From the sequence record SRR22947725_566: a DNA stretch of 39,544 bases. One strand, given 5' to 3'. The translations under genes were made by a program, and so were the position numbers. The notes under the pieces are model-generated. The model did not search any database, had not been told where the DNA came from, and saw nothing but the letters and a program-made list of their open reading frames with translations. Of the stretch, positions 28,547 to 37,199 are shown piece by piece. The stretch's first letter is position 1, and each line of letters opens with the position of its first letter.

Positions 28547-28566
28547 AACCTTCTATACGGAAGGTT
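28547..28566. terminator. Hairpin between the convergent dapL and SDR genes (possible bidirectional terminator)
   Basis: AACCTTC-tatacg-GAAGGTT in the 37-bp convergent gap, with only short T-runs. Confidence 0.4.
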
Positions 28567-28569
28567 TCC

Positions 28570-29295
28570 TTACACGAAGCTTTGTCTGCTCGGTTTAATG
28601 ACCAGTTCTGGCACATGTGCACGCGCTGGTAAGTGGACCACAGTGGATACGACATCTGCAATATCTTCCGGTTGTAATATACTGGCTCGATGTTCCGGGG
28701 TAGGGGGCACATTTCTTTCCTCCAAGATGGGGGTGTTTACTTCGCCCGGGTAAATATTGGTAATTCTAATCCCATTTTCCCGTTCCTCTTCCCCCACGCT
28801 TATTCCCAGTGCTGACATTCCAAACTTGGATGCATTGTATGCCACACCCGCCAATGGAATTGCACGCCTGCCTGCCACAGAATTAATTAAAATGATCAGA
28901 CCGGCTTGTCGGGGGCGCATACGATCCAGTGCCTCCTTCATACAATTGTAAGCCCCGGTTAAATTGATATTGATTACCCGGTCCCATTCTTCCGGGGCCA
29001 GTTCTTCCATGCTTCGGTTGGCAATATTGATCCCGGCCGCATTGATTAATACATCGATTTCACCCACTTCATTGTCAAACCAGGAAAAAAGGTCGGCAAC
29101 TGAATCTCGATTGGTAACATCAGTCGGGCAGATTGTAATCTCCTGCTCGCACTGTTTTGCCACCTCAAGTAGATTGCTTTTCCGCCTGCCCGCAATTGAA
29201 ACAATTGCCTTTCCTTTTGCGAGCTTATGTGCAATTGCCCTGCCCATGCCCGAACCCCCACCAATAATTAGAATTTTTTTTCCTTCACTTGTCAT
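28570..29295 (-). CDS. Short-chain dehydrogenase/reductase
   Basis: GGGSGMG Rossmann motif, NAAG, catalytic YNASK, PGEVNT. Confidence 0.92.
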   Translation of the reverse strand: MTSEGKKILIIGGGSGMGRAIAHKLAKGKAIVSIAGRRKSNLLEVAKQCEQEITICPTDVTNRDSVADLFSWFDNEVGEIDVLINAAGINIANRSMEELAPEEWDRVININLTGAYNCMKEALDRMRPRQAGLIILINSVAGRRAIPLAGVAYNASKFGMSALGISVGEEERENGIRITNIYPGEVNTPILEERNVPPTPEHRASILQPEDIADVVSTVVHLPARAHVPELVIKPSRQSFV

Positions 29296-29507
29296 GCGGA
29301 GAGTTCGTTAGCAGTAGAATATCAGATTCCAGGTATTAAAGGAACCCCGCAACTTTGTAATGAAAGTAGAAGAATTAAAATAGTAATTTTAAAATAGACC
29401 ATTTATTTGATTACAATTTTTTTCACTTCCCCATCAATCAATTAATTTTCTTTTTCTCTTTCAGGTTGCACTTGTGTGCTCAGATTTACAATTTGTTATT
29501 AGTTCGA

Positions 29508-30782
29508 ATGGATTTAGTAAGAAGTTTAGTGGGTATATTTTGTCTTTTGTTATTACTTTGGCTTGCAAGTAATAATCGCAAGGCGGTTTCATTTCGGCTT
29601 GTTTTGTCCGGACTTGCTTTGCAGATATGCTTTGCATTACTTTTACTTAAAGCACCCTTTATCACAGACTTGATTAAGAGTGTATCCCAGGGAGTGGTTC
29701 GCTTGACGGAATTTTCCTATCAAGGTGCCACCTTTGTTTTTGGAAGTTTGGCCAGTGATGCAACGACCTACGGCACTGTGGTTGCATTTCGAGTATTACC
29801 CTCCATTTTATTTTTTTCTGCCCTGTCCGCCCTTCTTTATCATTGGGGCATTCTTCAACGAATTGTTTACCTGCTCGCTTGGGTAATGAAAAGGACGATG
29901 AAGATTTCTGGACCCGAATGCCTCGCCATGTCTGCAAATGTATTCGTGGGGCAAACGGAAGCCCCGTTATTAGTCCGTCCCTATTTGGATAAAATGAGCA
30001 GATCAGAAATTCTATGCTTAATGACGGGAGGGTTTGCCACCATTGCGGGGGGAGTATTTGCAGCTTATGTTGCCTTTCTCGGTGGGACTGACCCAGAATC
30101 TCAGGCACTATTTGCCAAGCATCTTTTAACTGCATCCTTAATGTCCGCCCCTGCTGCCATTGTTTGTTCCAAAATCCTTCTCCCTGAAACGAATTTCAGG
30201 AAGGAAGAAATCGACCTGAGTGATGAAAGCTCCACGGTCAATGTGTTTGATGCACTCACCAGCGGTACAAGCCAAGGGCTTTTACTCGCTTTTAATGTGG
30301 GTGCTATTTTAATAGTGTTCACTGGTTTGGTTGCACTGGGTAATTTTATTTTTGCCGACCTGCTAGTAAAGCCACTTGGAATCGATGGCTGGTTGGGCCT
30401 CCAGGAAGGCACCATCTCATTGGAGTACTTATTCGGGTGGGTATTTGCTCCGATAGCATGGTTAATGGGAGTTTCTTCCGATGATATTCATTTGGTCGGT
30501 CAATTACTGGGAGAAAAGCTAGTCTTAAACGAATTTGTTGCCTATGCACACCTCGGTGAATTTAAGGAAATGGGGGCAATTCAGGAGGAGCGATCCATAA
30601 TTCTTGCCAGCTATGCCCTTTGTGGATTCGCCAATTTTGCATCGGTGGGTATCCAAATTTCTGGAATCGCGATTCTTGCCCCCTCCCAGCGAGAAAATCT
30701 TACTCAACTGGGGTGGAGAGCACTACTCGGAGGAACCTTTGCCTGCCTGCTTACTGCAACTGTGGTTGGGTTGGTGATTTGA
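29508..30782 (+). CDS. nupC: Concentrative nucleoside transporter (CNT/NupC family)
   Basis: FVGQTEAP, GFATIAG, MSAPAA, NEFVAY, LCGFANFAS. Start placed at ATG 29508. Confidence 0.92.
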   Translation: MDLVRSLVGIFCLLLLLWLASNNRKAVSFRLVLSGLALQICFALLLLKAPFITDLIKSVSQGVVRLTEFSYQGATFVFGSLASDATTYGTVVAFRVLPSILFFSALSALLYHWGILQRIVYLLAWVMKRTMKISGPECLAMSANVFVGQTEAPLLVRPYLDKMSRSEILCLMTGGFATIAGGVFAAYVAFLGGTDPESQALFAKHLLTASLMSAPAAIVCSKILLPETNFRKEEIDLSDESSTVNVFDALTSGTSQGLLLAFNVGAILIVFTGLVALGNFIFADLLVKPLGIDGWLGLQEGTISLEYLFGWVFAPIAWLMGVSSDDIHLVGQLLGEKLVLNEFVAYAHLGEFKEMGAIQEERSIILASYALCGFANFASVGIQISGIAILAPSQRENLTQLGWRALLGGTFACLLTATVVGLVI

Positions 30783-30816
30783 CCTTTTATGCAAACGCGA
30801 ACAGAATGTAGTGCTA

Positions 30817-31494
30817 ATGGATTCTGATAACTTTACCATACCCAAGCAAATTCCCGCGATGACCCTGCGTGGGGTCGTTCTTTTCCCGCATGCAATGATG
30901 CCACTACGGATTTTTGAAGAGCGCTATAAAACGATGCTTTCCGAGCGGTTAAATGAAGACCGAATCTTTGCCATTGTGGGAGAGCGCGAAAATGTTTCCG
31001 AACAGGAAGAACACCTCGAATTACCATTTGGAGTTGCCACTGCCGGACTGATCCGAGTCGCCAAGGAAAACCCAGACGGTACCTCCTTTGTCCTACTGCA
31101 AGGATTAAGCCGGGTTAGAATTGTTTCTATTCCGCAGGAGATTCCCTATCGAATCCTTGAAGTCGAGCCTGTTGAAACTATTGTGGACGAATCTTCGATT
31201 GGACTGCGCGATCAAATTACCATCCAACTCGCCCGAAATCAGGTACTCGGTGGGGAAGTGACCGATGAAATGATCGATTTCCTTTCTCCCCTGGAGGACG
31301 ATATTACATTTGTCGACTTAGCTGCCTATACATTATGCAAGCACACACTCAGAAAACAGGCCATGCTTGAAGTGCAAAATTTAAGCAAAAGGGCATCCAT
31401 GCTATTGAGTGACTTAACAAAAGAGAATGATCGCCTCGATTTAATAAAGCAGGCTTTGGGGGGCAGGCAGGATGATGACTTGGGTTTTAATTAA
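30817..31494 (+). CDS. Stand-alone Lon substrate-binding domain protein
   Basis: VVLFPHAMMPLRIFEERY, GLSRVRI. No ATPase or protease domain. Start is ATG 30817 or GTG 30811. Confidence 0.85.
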   Translation: MDSDNFTIPKQIPAMTLRGVVLFPHAMMPLRIFEERYKTMLSERLNEDRIFAIVGERENVSEQEEHLELPFGVATAGLIRVAKENPDGTSFVLLQGLSRVRIVSIPQEIPYRILEVEPVETIVDESSIGLRDQITIQLARNQVLGGEVTDEMIDFLSPLEDDITFVDLAAYTLCKHTLRKQAMLEVQNLSKRASMLLSDLTKENDRLDLIKQALGGRQDDDLGFN

Positions 31495-31500
31495 TACGCC

Positions 31501-31743
31501 ATGAAAGAGTTAAGCAAAGAACAGAAAGCCAATAAGGTGGTCCACTTTCGCCGCGTGATCAAGTATCGATCGTGGTTTGGCTGGCTCTTTACAATCGTGG
31601 GGGGAGTTCTTTTTGGCGTGGGCATGAATAATTTGCAGGCACCGATGGTCATTTTGAACGGTGGCCTTTTTTTTGCCTACGGTCTTTTTATGGTTTGGCA
31701 GGCGAAGCGTGCTCTTGCCAATTTAGACCAATCAGGAGTTTGA
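31501..31743 (+). CDS. Small hypothetical membrane protein (2 TM)
   Basis: Starts 6 bp after the previous stop. Two hydrophobic helices. Confidence 0.65.
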   Translation: MKELSKEQKANKVVHFRRVIKYRSWFGWLFTIVGGVLFGVGMNNLQAPMVILNGGLFFAYGLFMVWQAKRALANLDQSGV

Positions 31744-31759
31744 TTTCCTGGGTGGCAAA

Positions 31760-32092
31760 TTAGTCATTCCAAAGACTGGGGTGGAGCATTTTAGGATCTG
31801 CTGGGTCATTTTCTGCAAAGTAGATTGCCATCCTGATAAAGGCCAAACGATACTCCGGGGTATCCGACCTCATTTTTTTGATCTCCTCAAATAAACTCTC
31901 TGCCGATCGCCCCTGCAATTCGTATAGCTCCTTCACCCCTATATCGATCAGGTCGCGTGCCACGAGCACATCCATTCTTGGAATTCGCATCATTGGGGAA
32001 GATAATGCGATACGGTCAACCTTCTTCTTTTTCTTTTTTGTGTCTTCGCCACCAAAGAGTGCGTCCAAGGGTATGATATCTTCAATTGCCAT
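31760..32092 (-). CDS. Helix-hairpin-helix protein, Cdd1/mitomycin-resistance-like
   Basis: IPRMDVLVARDLIDIGVKELYELQGRSAESLF and RMAIYFAE...W match the pattern of Cdd1-type HhH proteins. Confidence 0.65.
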   Translation of the reverse strand: MAIEDIIPLDALFGGEDTKKKKKKVDRIALSSPMMRIPRMDVLVARDLIDIGVKELYELQGRSAESLFEEIKKMRSDTPEYRLAFIRMAIYFAENDPADPKMLHPSLWND

Positions 32093-32283
32093 TGCTCTTC
32101 ATCAATCTTCTTCCCTATGGAAAGGCAATTCAAATCGCTTTGATTGCCATTCCTTATTCACAAATAAACCAATCATGAATGAATGGGTATGTTTTATATA
32201 TCTACGACAATATTAAGCAAAAGTGACACAACGCCTCATTAAAGCACCGATGCAAATGATAATGGCACTCTTGGCTTACTGTT

Positions 32284-32568
32284 TCAATCGACAGTTTTAA
32301 GCAGAAATGAGGTTGATCCCCAACCACCTGAGCTCGAGTTCCCTAGTGAGAAACTGTGGACATGTGGATGTACCTTAAGAATCGAGTGAACTATCTCCCT
32401 CAAAGTTCCAATACCTTTTCCGTGTATAATTCTGCCCTCGATAATCCCTTTTCTTGCACATTCATCTAGATATTCAACAACAAGTTCCTTTACATCTTTT
32501 GGGTTAAAACCATGAAGGTCTAATGTTCCATTGATTGGTATTTCTACGGGATCTCCTGGTGATGACAT
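32284..32568 (-). CDS. Stand-alone Smr/MutS2 C-terminal domain protein
   Basis: LDLHG, IIHGKGIGTLR, GGWG. Confidence 0.9.
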   Translation of the reverse strand: MSSPGDPVEIPINGTLDLHGFNPKDVKELVVEYLDECARKGIIEGRIIHGKGIGTLREIVHSILKVHPHVHSFSLGNSSSGGWGSTSFLLKTVD

Positions 32569-32570
32569 AT

Positions 32571-32852
32571 TTACTCTAGTAGGTTTTCTGGAGGGTAGTC
32601 ATGCCTTGCTTTTCCTTGAATGGTAGAGGACTCCAAATCGTGGAAGGATTTTTTTCGGTCCTGACCGACCGGGAGTGGTTTGGAGGATTTCTTCTCCTGA
32701 GTTTTAATTGGCTTTTTTACCGGTAATTCAGTAAGTAATTCATTATCTTGAACCTTTTCAGGCATCTCGTTTTTGGGCAACTCTTGTTGCTGGGTAACGT
32801 CACAACTGCAACAAAAGAAAAAAAGCAACAGGGGTAGAGTTTTAAAGTTCAC
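32571..32852 (-). CDS. Hypothetical lipoprotein
   Basis: Short signal ending in CCSC, then a low-complexity charged region. Ends 2 bp upstream of the Smr gene. GTG start. Confidence 0.55.
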   Translation of the reverse strand: MNFKTLPLLLFFFCCSCDVTQQQELPKNEMPEKVQDNELLTELPVKKPIKTQEKKSSKPLPVGQDRKKSFHDLESSTIQGKARHDYPPENLLE

Positions 32853-33023
32853 TTATTAATCCTCGAAGATATTTTGCTGATGGTCAAGTTTCAGTTTAAT
32901 GACCGCCAATTTTAATTAATAGGTAGGATTTCATATTTTATTTTTACTACTATTTACTCATTGAACAGAAGATGTCTGCTTGTGCAGACTTGACACTCGA
33001 TGTCACAAATAAGATGAAAGGGA

Positions 33024-33380
33024 ATGCCTCTCCTCAAAGTCCACTATGCCTGCGAACTAAAGAAAGAATTATTGAATTCTTTATCAACTTTACTGTCTAA
33101 GAGTATCGCTGATGTTTTGGTTAAGTCTGAGGATTTTGTGATGATAATATTCCAAAAAACCGAATTGCAAAGTTTTGGTAATGACGCCGAAGATATCAAC
33201 CTTTATTTCGAAATGAAAAATGTCGGAGTTTTACCACCCGATAAAACAAGTCTGCTAACCTCCATAATTACAAATCTATGCCAAGAATTGATTGAGGTTA
33301 AATCCAATCGCATTTATATTGAATTCCAAGAATCTGAAAGGCACCATTGGGGTTGGAATGGCCAGACATTTAGCAAATGA
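33024..33380 (+). CDS. MIF / phenylpyruvate tautomerase family protein
   Basis: N-terminal Met-Pro (catalytic Pro1), KSEDFVM, NRIYIEF and C-terminal WGWNGQTF typical of MIF homologues. Confidence 0.88.
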   Translation: MPLLKVHYACELKKELLNSLSTLLSKSIADVLVKSEDFVMIIFQKTELQSFGNDAEDINLYFEMKNVGVLPPDKTSLLTSIITNLCQELIEVKSNRIYIEFQESERHHWGWNGQTFSK

Positions 33381-33528
33381 GTGCTACTTTTCTGTTGATA
33401 CTTTTAAAGTAAGAAATGTATCGTTTTTAGTCTAGCAGTGGTTTTATGATGGTTGATATTCTCAGTATTTGTAGTCGCAAAGGCTCATTTTTCCTCCGTG
33501 CCTGCCATTTATTACTAAATTCCCTCTA

Positions 33529-33978
33529 ATGAAATTCAAGAGATTCCCCAATTTAGTGAGATGTTGTTGGTTCGGTCTGAATTATCTCTTTCGCGAGAAA
33601 ATATCACAATTAGCTATTACAACGGTTCAGTATACTGTCCTCAGGACATTGTATGATTCTCAATCGAAAAAGTTGAATCAAAAAGATCTAGCCATTTTAA
33701 TTGCAACCAATAAAAATAATCTGTCTTCAATTGTTAAAAGGTTGGAAGTACTAGGATATATTGTGCTGCTTCAGAACCCGTGCGACAAACGAGAAAACAT
33801 AATTAAGATTACAACTAGGGGGCAAAGGGTCTACCTGGTTAGTAAAGAAAAAGCGAATGAACTACAGGCTGAAATTACGCAGGGAATGGAAAGTACAGAA
33901 TTAACTGCATTTTTTGGATATCTAGAGCGCATTAACGCAAAAATCAATAATCAACAAGAGGATGAGAAAGGATGCTAG
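33529..33978 (+). CDS. MarR family transcriptional regulator
   Basis: ITTVQYTVL, QKDLA, LSSIVKRLEVLGYI, DKRENIIKITTRG winged helix. Confidence 0.88.
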   Translation: MKFKRFPNLVRCCWFGLNYLFREKISQLAITTVQYTVLRTLYDSQSKKLNQKDLAILIATNKNNLSSIVKRLEVLGYIVLLQNPCDKRENIIKITTRGQRVYLVSKEKANELQAEITQGMESTELTAFFGYLERINAKINNQQEDEKGC

Positions 33979-34010
33979 GCTAGTCTGATTTGATAATATC
34001 GAACTTTTTC

Positions 34011-35876
34011 TTATTCAGAAATATACGGAGCGTTCATGCCTTGATCTAAACTTTCAATGTTCGAATTAAGGCTTTCTAGGTTATTGCGAATAGAAGAAAT
34101 TCGTGAGGCTAGTCCACTCATACGATGGGTAAGAGATCTTTGCTGAGTCTCAATAGCAAGTTTCGGTGCATTACCTGCTGATTGCATTGCTTCTTTCCTG
34201 ACCTCCACATTGGGCCAAAAGAAACCAAATATTGTTAAAATGATACCGCAAGCGGCATGGTAACTGCCCAGTGATTCCACAAATAAACTTGCTCCAGTCG
34301 TACCAAGACCGATAACAATTAGAATAACGGAAGTACTAAAGGAATATTCTCTCTTCGACTTTTGACTGGGTGGGTTTTTATAGTTATCAAATAATTGTTT
34401 TTTGAGTTCATCCAAGGAAATGATCTGTTTTTCTGCATCGAATGCCTCTTCTTCAAGATTAGTTCTTTCCTGTTCTAAATTACTACGCTTCTCGGTGGAT
34501 TCTTCTTGGTACTTAATCCATTCATTTTTCGCATTTTCGATAATATTGTCCTTGGGGATTCCTCCACCGATTTCAATAAACCGTTGTGTTACGAGTTTTA
34601 TATCGTCGTTAAGGGAATATTGCTTGTTGGTGACATTAAAAATATTTTCACTTTGATCGAGTAACGAAATGATTTCCTCACATTCCAGTTCGTTAAAAAG
34701 TTTTCGGCAAAGATTTTTGGTAAAGGAGTCAAATAATTGTAAGTTAACCGGTATCCAATGTTGATTCGGGTTCGGAAATATTGAAGTAAATGTATCAATT
34801 ATAGTCGCAATAGTGGACATTCGTTCCGCTTCTTCTGGCTCTTCTTGTTTGTGGAATTCCCGCATTTGAGTGCGAAAATCATCCATCATTAGTAAATCAC
34901 CATCCGGTTGTAATTGAGCGAGATTTTTTTGCCGCTTGAGCCAATTGAAGCAAAATGCCGCATCTCGTGAGTTACAGAAGAATTCCAAATTGTAACGGTT
35001 TACCTTACTTGGGTAGGATGCAAAGAGGAGATAGTTAAGCTCTTTTTCTGTAAAGTCAGAAAAGTTCGGTGTGTCAATTTTGTCTAGGTTGCTCATAACA
35101 TTGTCCTCCTGTTTAATTATAGTAGTAGGTTTTTTCAAAATATTCAACAACTTCAGTGGATTACCTTGAGATTTAGTTCTGTGGTCTTCTCCGTCATGAA
35201 TTTCGTAACCTTTAGAATTTGCAAATTGCACACACTCCAATGCGGTGAATGGAGGGATGTTTATTTCTGTTATTTTATCAAAACCGAACTTCGAAAAGAA
35301 CTTTTCTATTCTCTCCTCGAGTTGATTGGCGGAAAAAAGAAATCTACATTTCTCAAACAGGCTGGACTTCCTAATACGTTTGTTAAAAGAATTGCTCAAC
35401 CATTCATGAATAGAATTATCTAACATTTCAATGTCGTCTATTATTAAGAGGGGGACGATTTTATTTAAATCAATGCCACAATTAATAACTGCATCCTCAA
35501 GTCCTGTAACGAAATGCTCTGCGGTCTTGTGGTTGAATTCTTCGAGGTCATTCTCGGTTCTGGCTGTCGATTCAATCTGCACAAGTTGAGATCCATAAAA
35601 ACGGGCAAACTTACCGAGTTCATTTCCTGGTATCTCCTTCCCGCATGTAATATTTCTTGCCATGGAAGATAAGAAAGAAGTTAGGTCCCCGAATTGACTT
35701 GAGTCAGGTGATATCACAACCGATGTCTTCTCATTCTCCGAGTGCACCTTTTTTACTTCTTCCAAGAAGGTTGACTTCCCCATTCCCTTTGGACCTAAGG
35801 CGATAGCACTACGAAGGTGACCAAATTGGGAATAGCCATTTTTGACAAACTGTAATTCTTTTACTCTTCCGAACAT
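34011..35876 (-). CDS. STAND-like P-loop NTPase with C-terminal coiled coils and two TM helices
   Basis: FGRVKEL start, Walker A GPKGMGKS (aa 28-35), Walker B LLIIDDIE (143-150), IPPFT, GNPL (238-241). Coiled coil ~455-497, hydrophobic helices ~516-533 and ~541-554, then a terminal coiled coil. Confidence 0.72.
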   Translation of the reverse strand: MFGRVKELQFVKNGYSQFGHLRSAIALGPKGMGKSTFLEEVKKVHSENEKTSVVISPDSSQFGDLTSFLSSMARNITCGKEIPGNELGKFARFYGSQLVQIESTARTENDLEEFNHKTAEHFVTGLEDAVINCGIDLNKIVPLLIIDDIEMLDNSIHEWLSNSFNKRIRKSSLFEKCRFLFSANQLEERIEKFFSKFGFDKITEINIPPFTALECVQFANSKGYEIHDGEDHRTKSQGNPLKLLNILKKPTTIIKQEDNVMSNLDKIDTPNFSDFTEKELNYLLFASYPSKVNRYNLEFFCNSRDAAFCFNWLKRQKNLAQLQPDGDLLMMDDFRTQMREFHKQEEPEEAERMSTIATIIDTFTSIFPNPNQHWIPVNLQLFDSFTKNLCRKLFNELECEEIISLLDQSENIFNVTNKQYSLNDDIKLVTQRFIEIGGGIPKDNIIENAKNEWIKYQEESTEKRSNLEQERTNLEEEAFDAEKQIISLDELKKQLFDNYKNPPSQKSKREYSFSTSVILIVIGLGTTGASLFVESLGSYHAACGIILTIFGFFWPNVEVRKEAMQSAGNAPKLAIETQQRSLTHRMSGLASRISSIRNNLESLNSNIESLDQGMNAPYISE

Positions 35877-35883
35877 TATTATA

Positions 35884-37164
35884 TTAACTGATAAGATTAA
35901 TCACATTCTCCGCCGACAAACGTGAGTGAATAAGGGCATGATTAGATGCCTTCTGTAATAGTAAGTTTTTAGCTAAGTTGGTATACTCAGAAGCCATGTC
36001 TGTGTCATTGATTCGACCCAGTGCTGTCATTTGAGCCGCTTTTTTATTGCCCACCTGTTCCGATTTGAGGCTGATTTCGGAGAAGGTCTTGGCTAAAGTG
36101 TAAATTTGGGTTCGTAGACTTTCTAATTCTTGCTCGGACCTTTCTAATGCTTTCGCGGCATTGACTCGTGTACTTATGTCGTACCCCTTGAGGGTCGAGA
36201 AACCGAGAGGGCTAAGTTCATACAGTGATCCTTTTTCGTCTATGATTCCCTTGGGCCCTTCTATTTTTTCTGTGTCCCAAGATAATCGCCAAGACCAACC
36301 AGTCGGGCTTGTTCGATTTATATTTTCTGGACCCGGTTCATTGACCGCAATTTTGATAACGGTACTATCTCCTCTAGGTGCCTGTACTTTGGGATAACCT
36401 GGTGCAAGGGGTGAGTTGGAGTCACCTTTGTTATCGGAAGCGCTTGTGTAAGAAATCTGGTTGGGTTGAATGTCGACTTCAAAATAATCACCGTACGTAA
36501 CTTGTCCGTCTACATTTTCACTCCGAACTGTACCAGATCCGTCATTGGATAAATATTCACCTGAATCAAAAAACCACCGATCTCCTTGTTTTAATTGAAT
36601 CCGATCTCGAGTCTGATTTGCATCTGAAGTGTTCCACCAAAGCTTAACTTTTGCTGCTAAAGCTGAAATGTCGACTTTTTTTACGCTTGCTCCCGTGGAA
36701 CTAACTTCATCTTCATAGATAATTGTTTGATCAATATATTCTGCAGCTTGTGGATCCAAAAGTTGTGGATCAAAGGTACGATCAAACATGAGAGATTCCA
36801 GTGTTTTGGAATAATCTTGAAATTCTCGATTTAAGACTTCCCGGTCAAAGTCGTTTGAGGTGGGGTCTGTAGCTTCATACGCAAGTGTATTCATCCTTTT
36901 AATTAATTCTTCAGCGGATGAAATAATATCAGATTGCTGTTGTGCCAGGGTATATGCGTTTTCTAAATTTTTTTGAGTGGAACTAGAAAATTTAGATTCC
37001 ATTTCCAGCCGTTTGGAAATTCGATAAGCACCAGAATCTTGAGATGGATCAGCTGAAAACCGTTGACCAGATGCAATGCGATTACTTGATTTTGATATCT
37101 CCCTCTGACGAATCGAATGGAGAGTTTCGAACCGTGAAGACATTGTTGGAGAGATGAAATTCAT
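35884..37164 (-). CDS. Divergent flagellin-like protein with inserted central domain (paralogue C)
   Basis: RIASGQR, KRMNTLAYEATD...DREVLNREF (Flagellin_N-like) and GRINDTDMASEYTNLAKNLLLQKAS (Flagellin_C-like). Confidence 0.82.
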   Translation of the reverse strand: MNFISPTMSSRFETLHSIRQREISKSSNRIASGQRFSADPSQDSGAYRISKRLEMESKFSSSTQKNLENAYTLAQQQSDIISSAEELIKRMNTLAYEATDPTSNDFDREVLNREFQDYSKTLESLMFDRTFDPQLLDPQAAEYIDQTIIYEDEVSSTGASVKKVDISALAAKVKLWWNTSDANQTRDRIQLKQGDRWFFDSGEYLSNDGSGTVRSENVDGQVTYGDYFEVDIQPNQISYTSASDNKGDSNSPLAPGYPKVQAPRGDSTVIKIAVNEPGPENINRTSPTGWSWRLSWDTEKIEGPKGIIDEKGSLYELSPLGFSTLKGYDISTRVNAAKALERSEQELESLRTQIYTLAKTFSEISLKSEQVGNKKAAQMTALGRINDTDMASEYTNLAKNLLLQKASNHALIHSRLSAENVINLIS

Positions 37165-37199
37165 TTATTATCGAAATTTAAATAAGGAATCAAGTTTTA

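Noticed and set aside
37165-37199. Sigma-28-like -10 element (TTCGATAA) before flagellin C
   Set aside because: There is no TAAA -35 at 15-bp spacing, and the element ends only 3 nt before the ATG.
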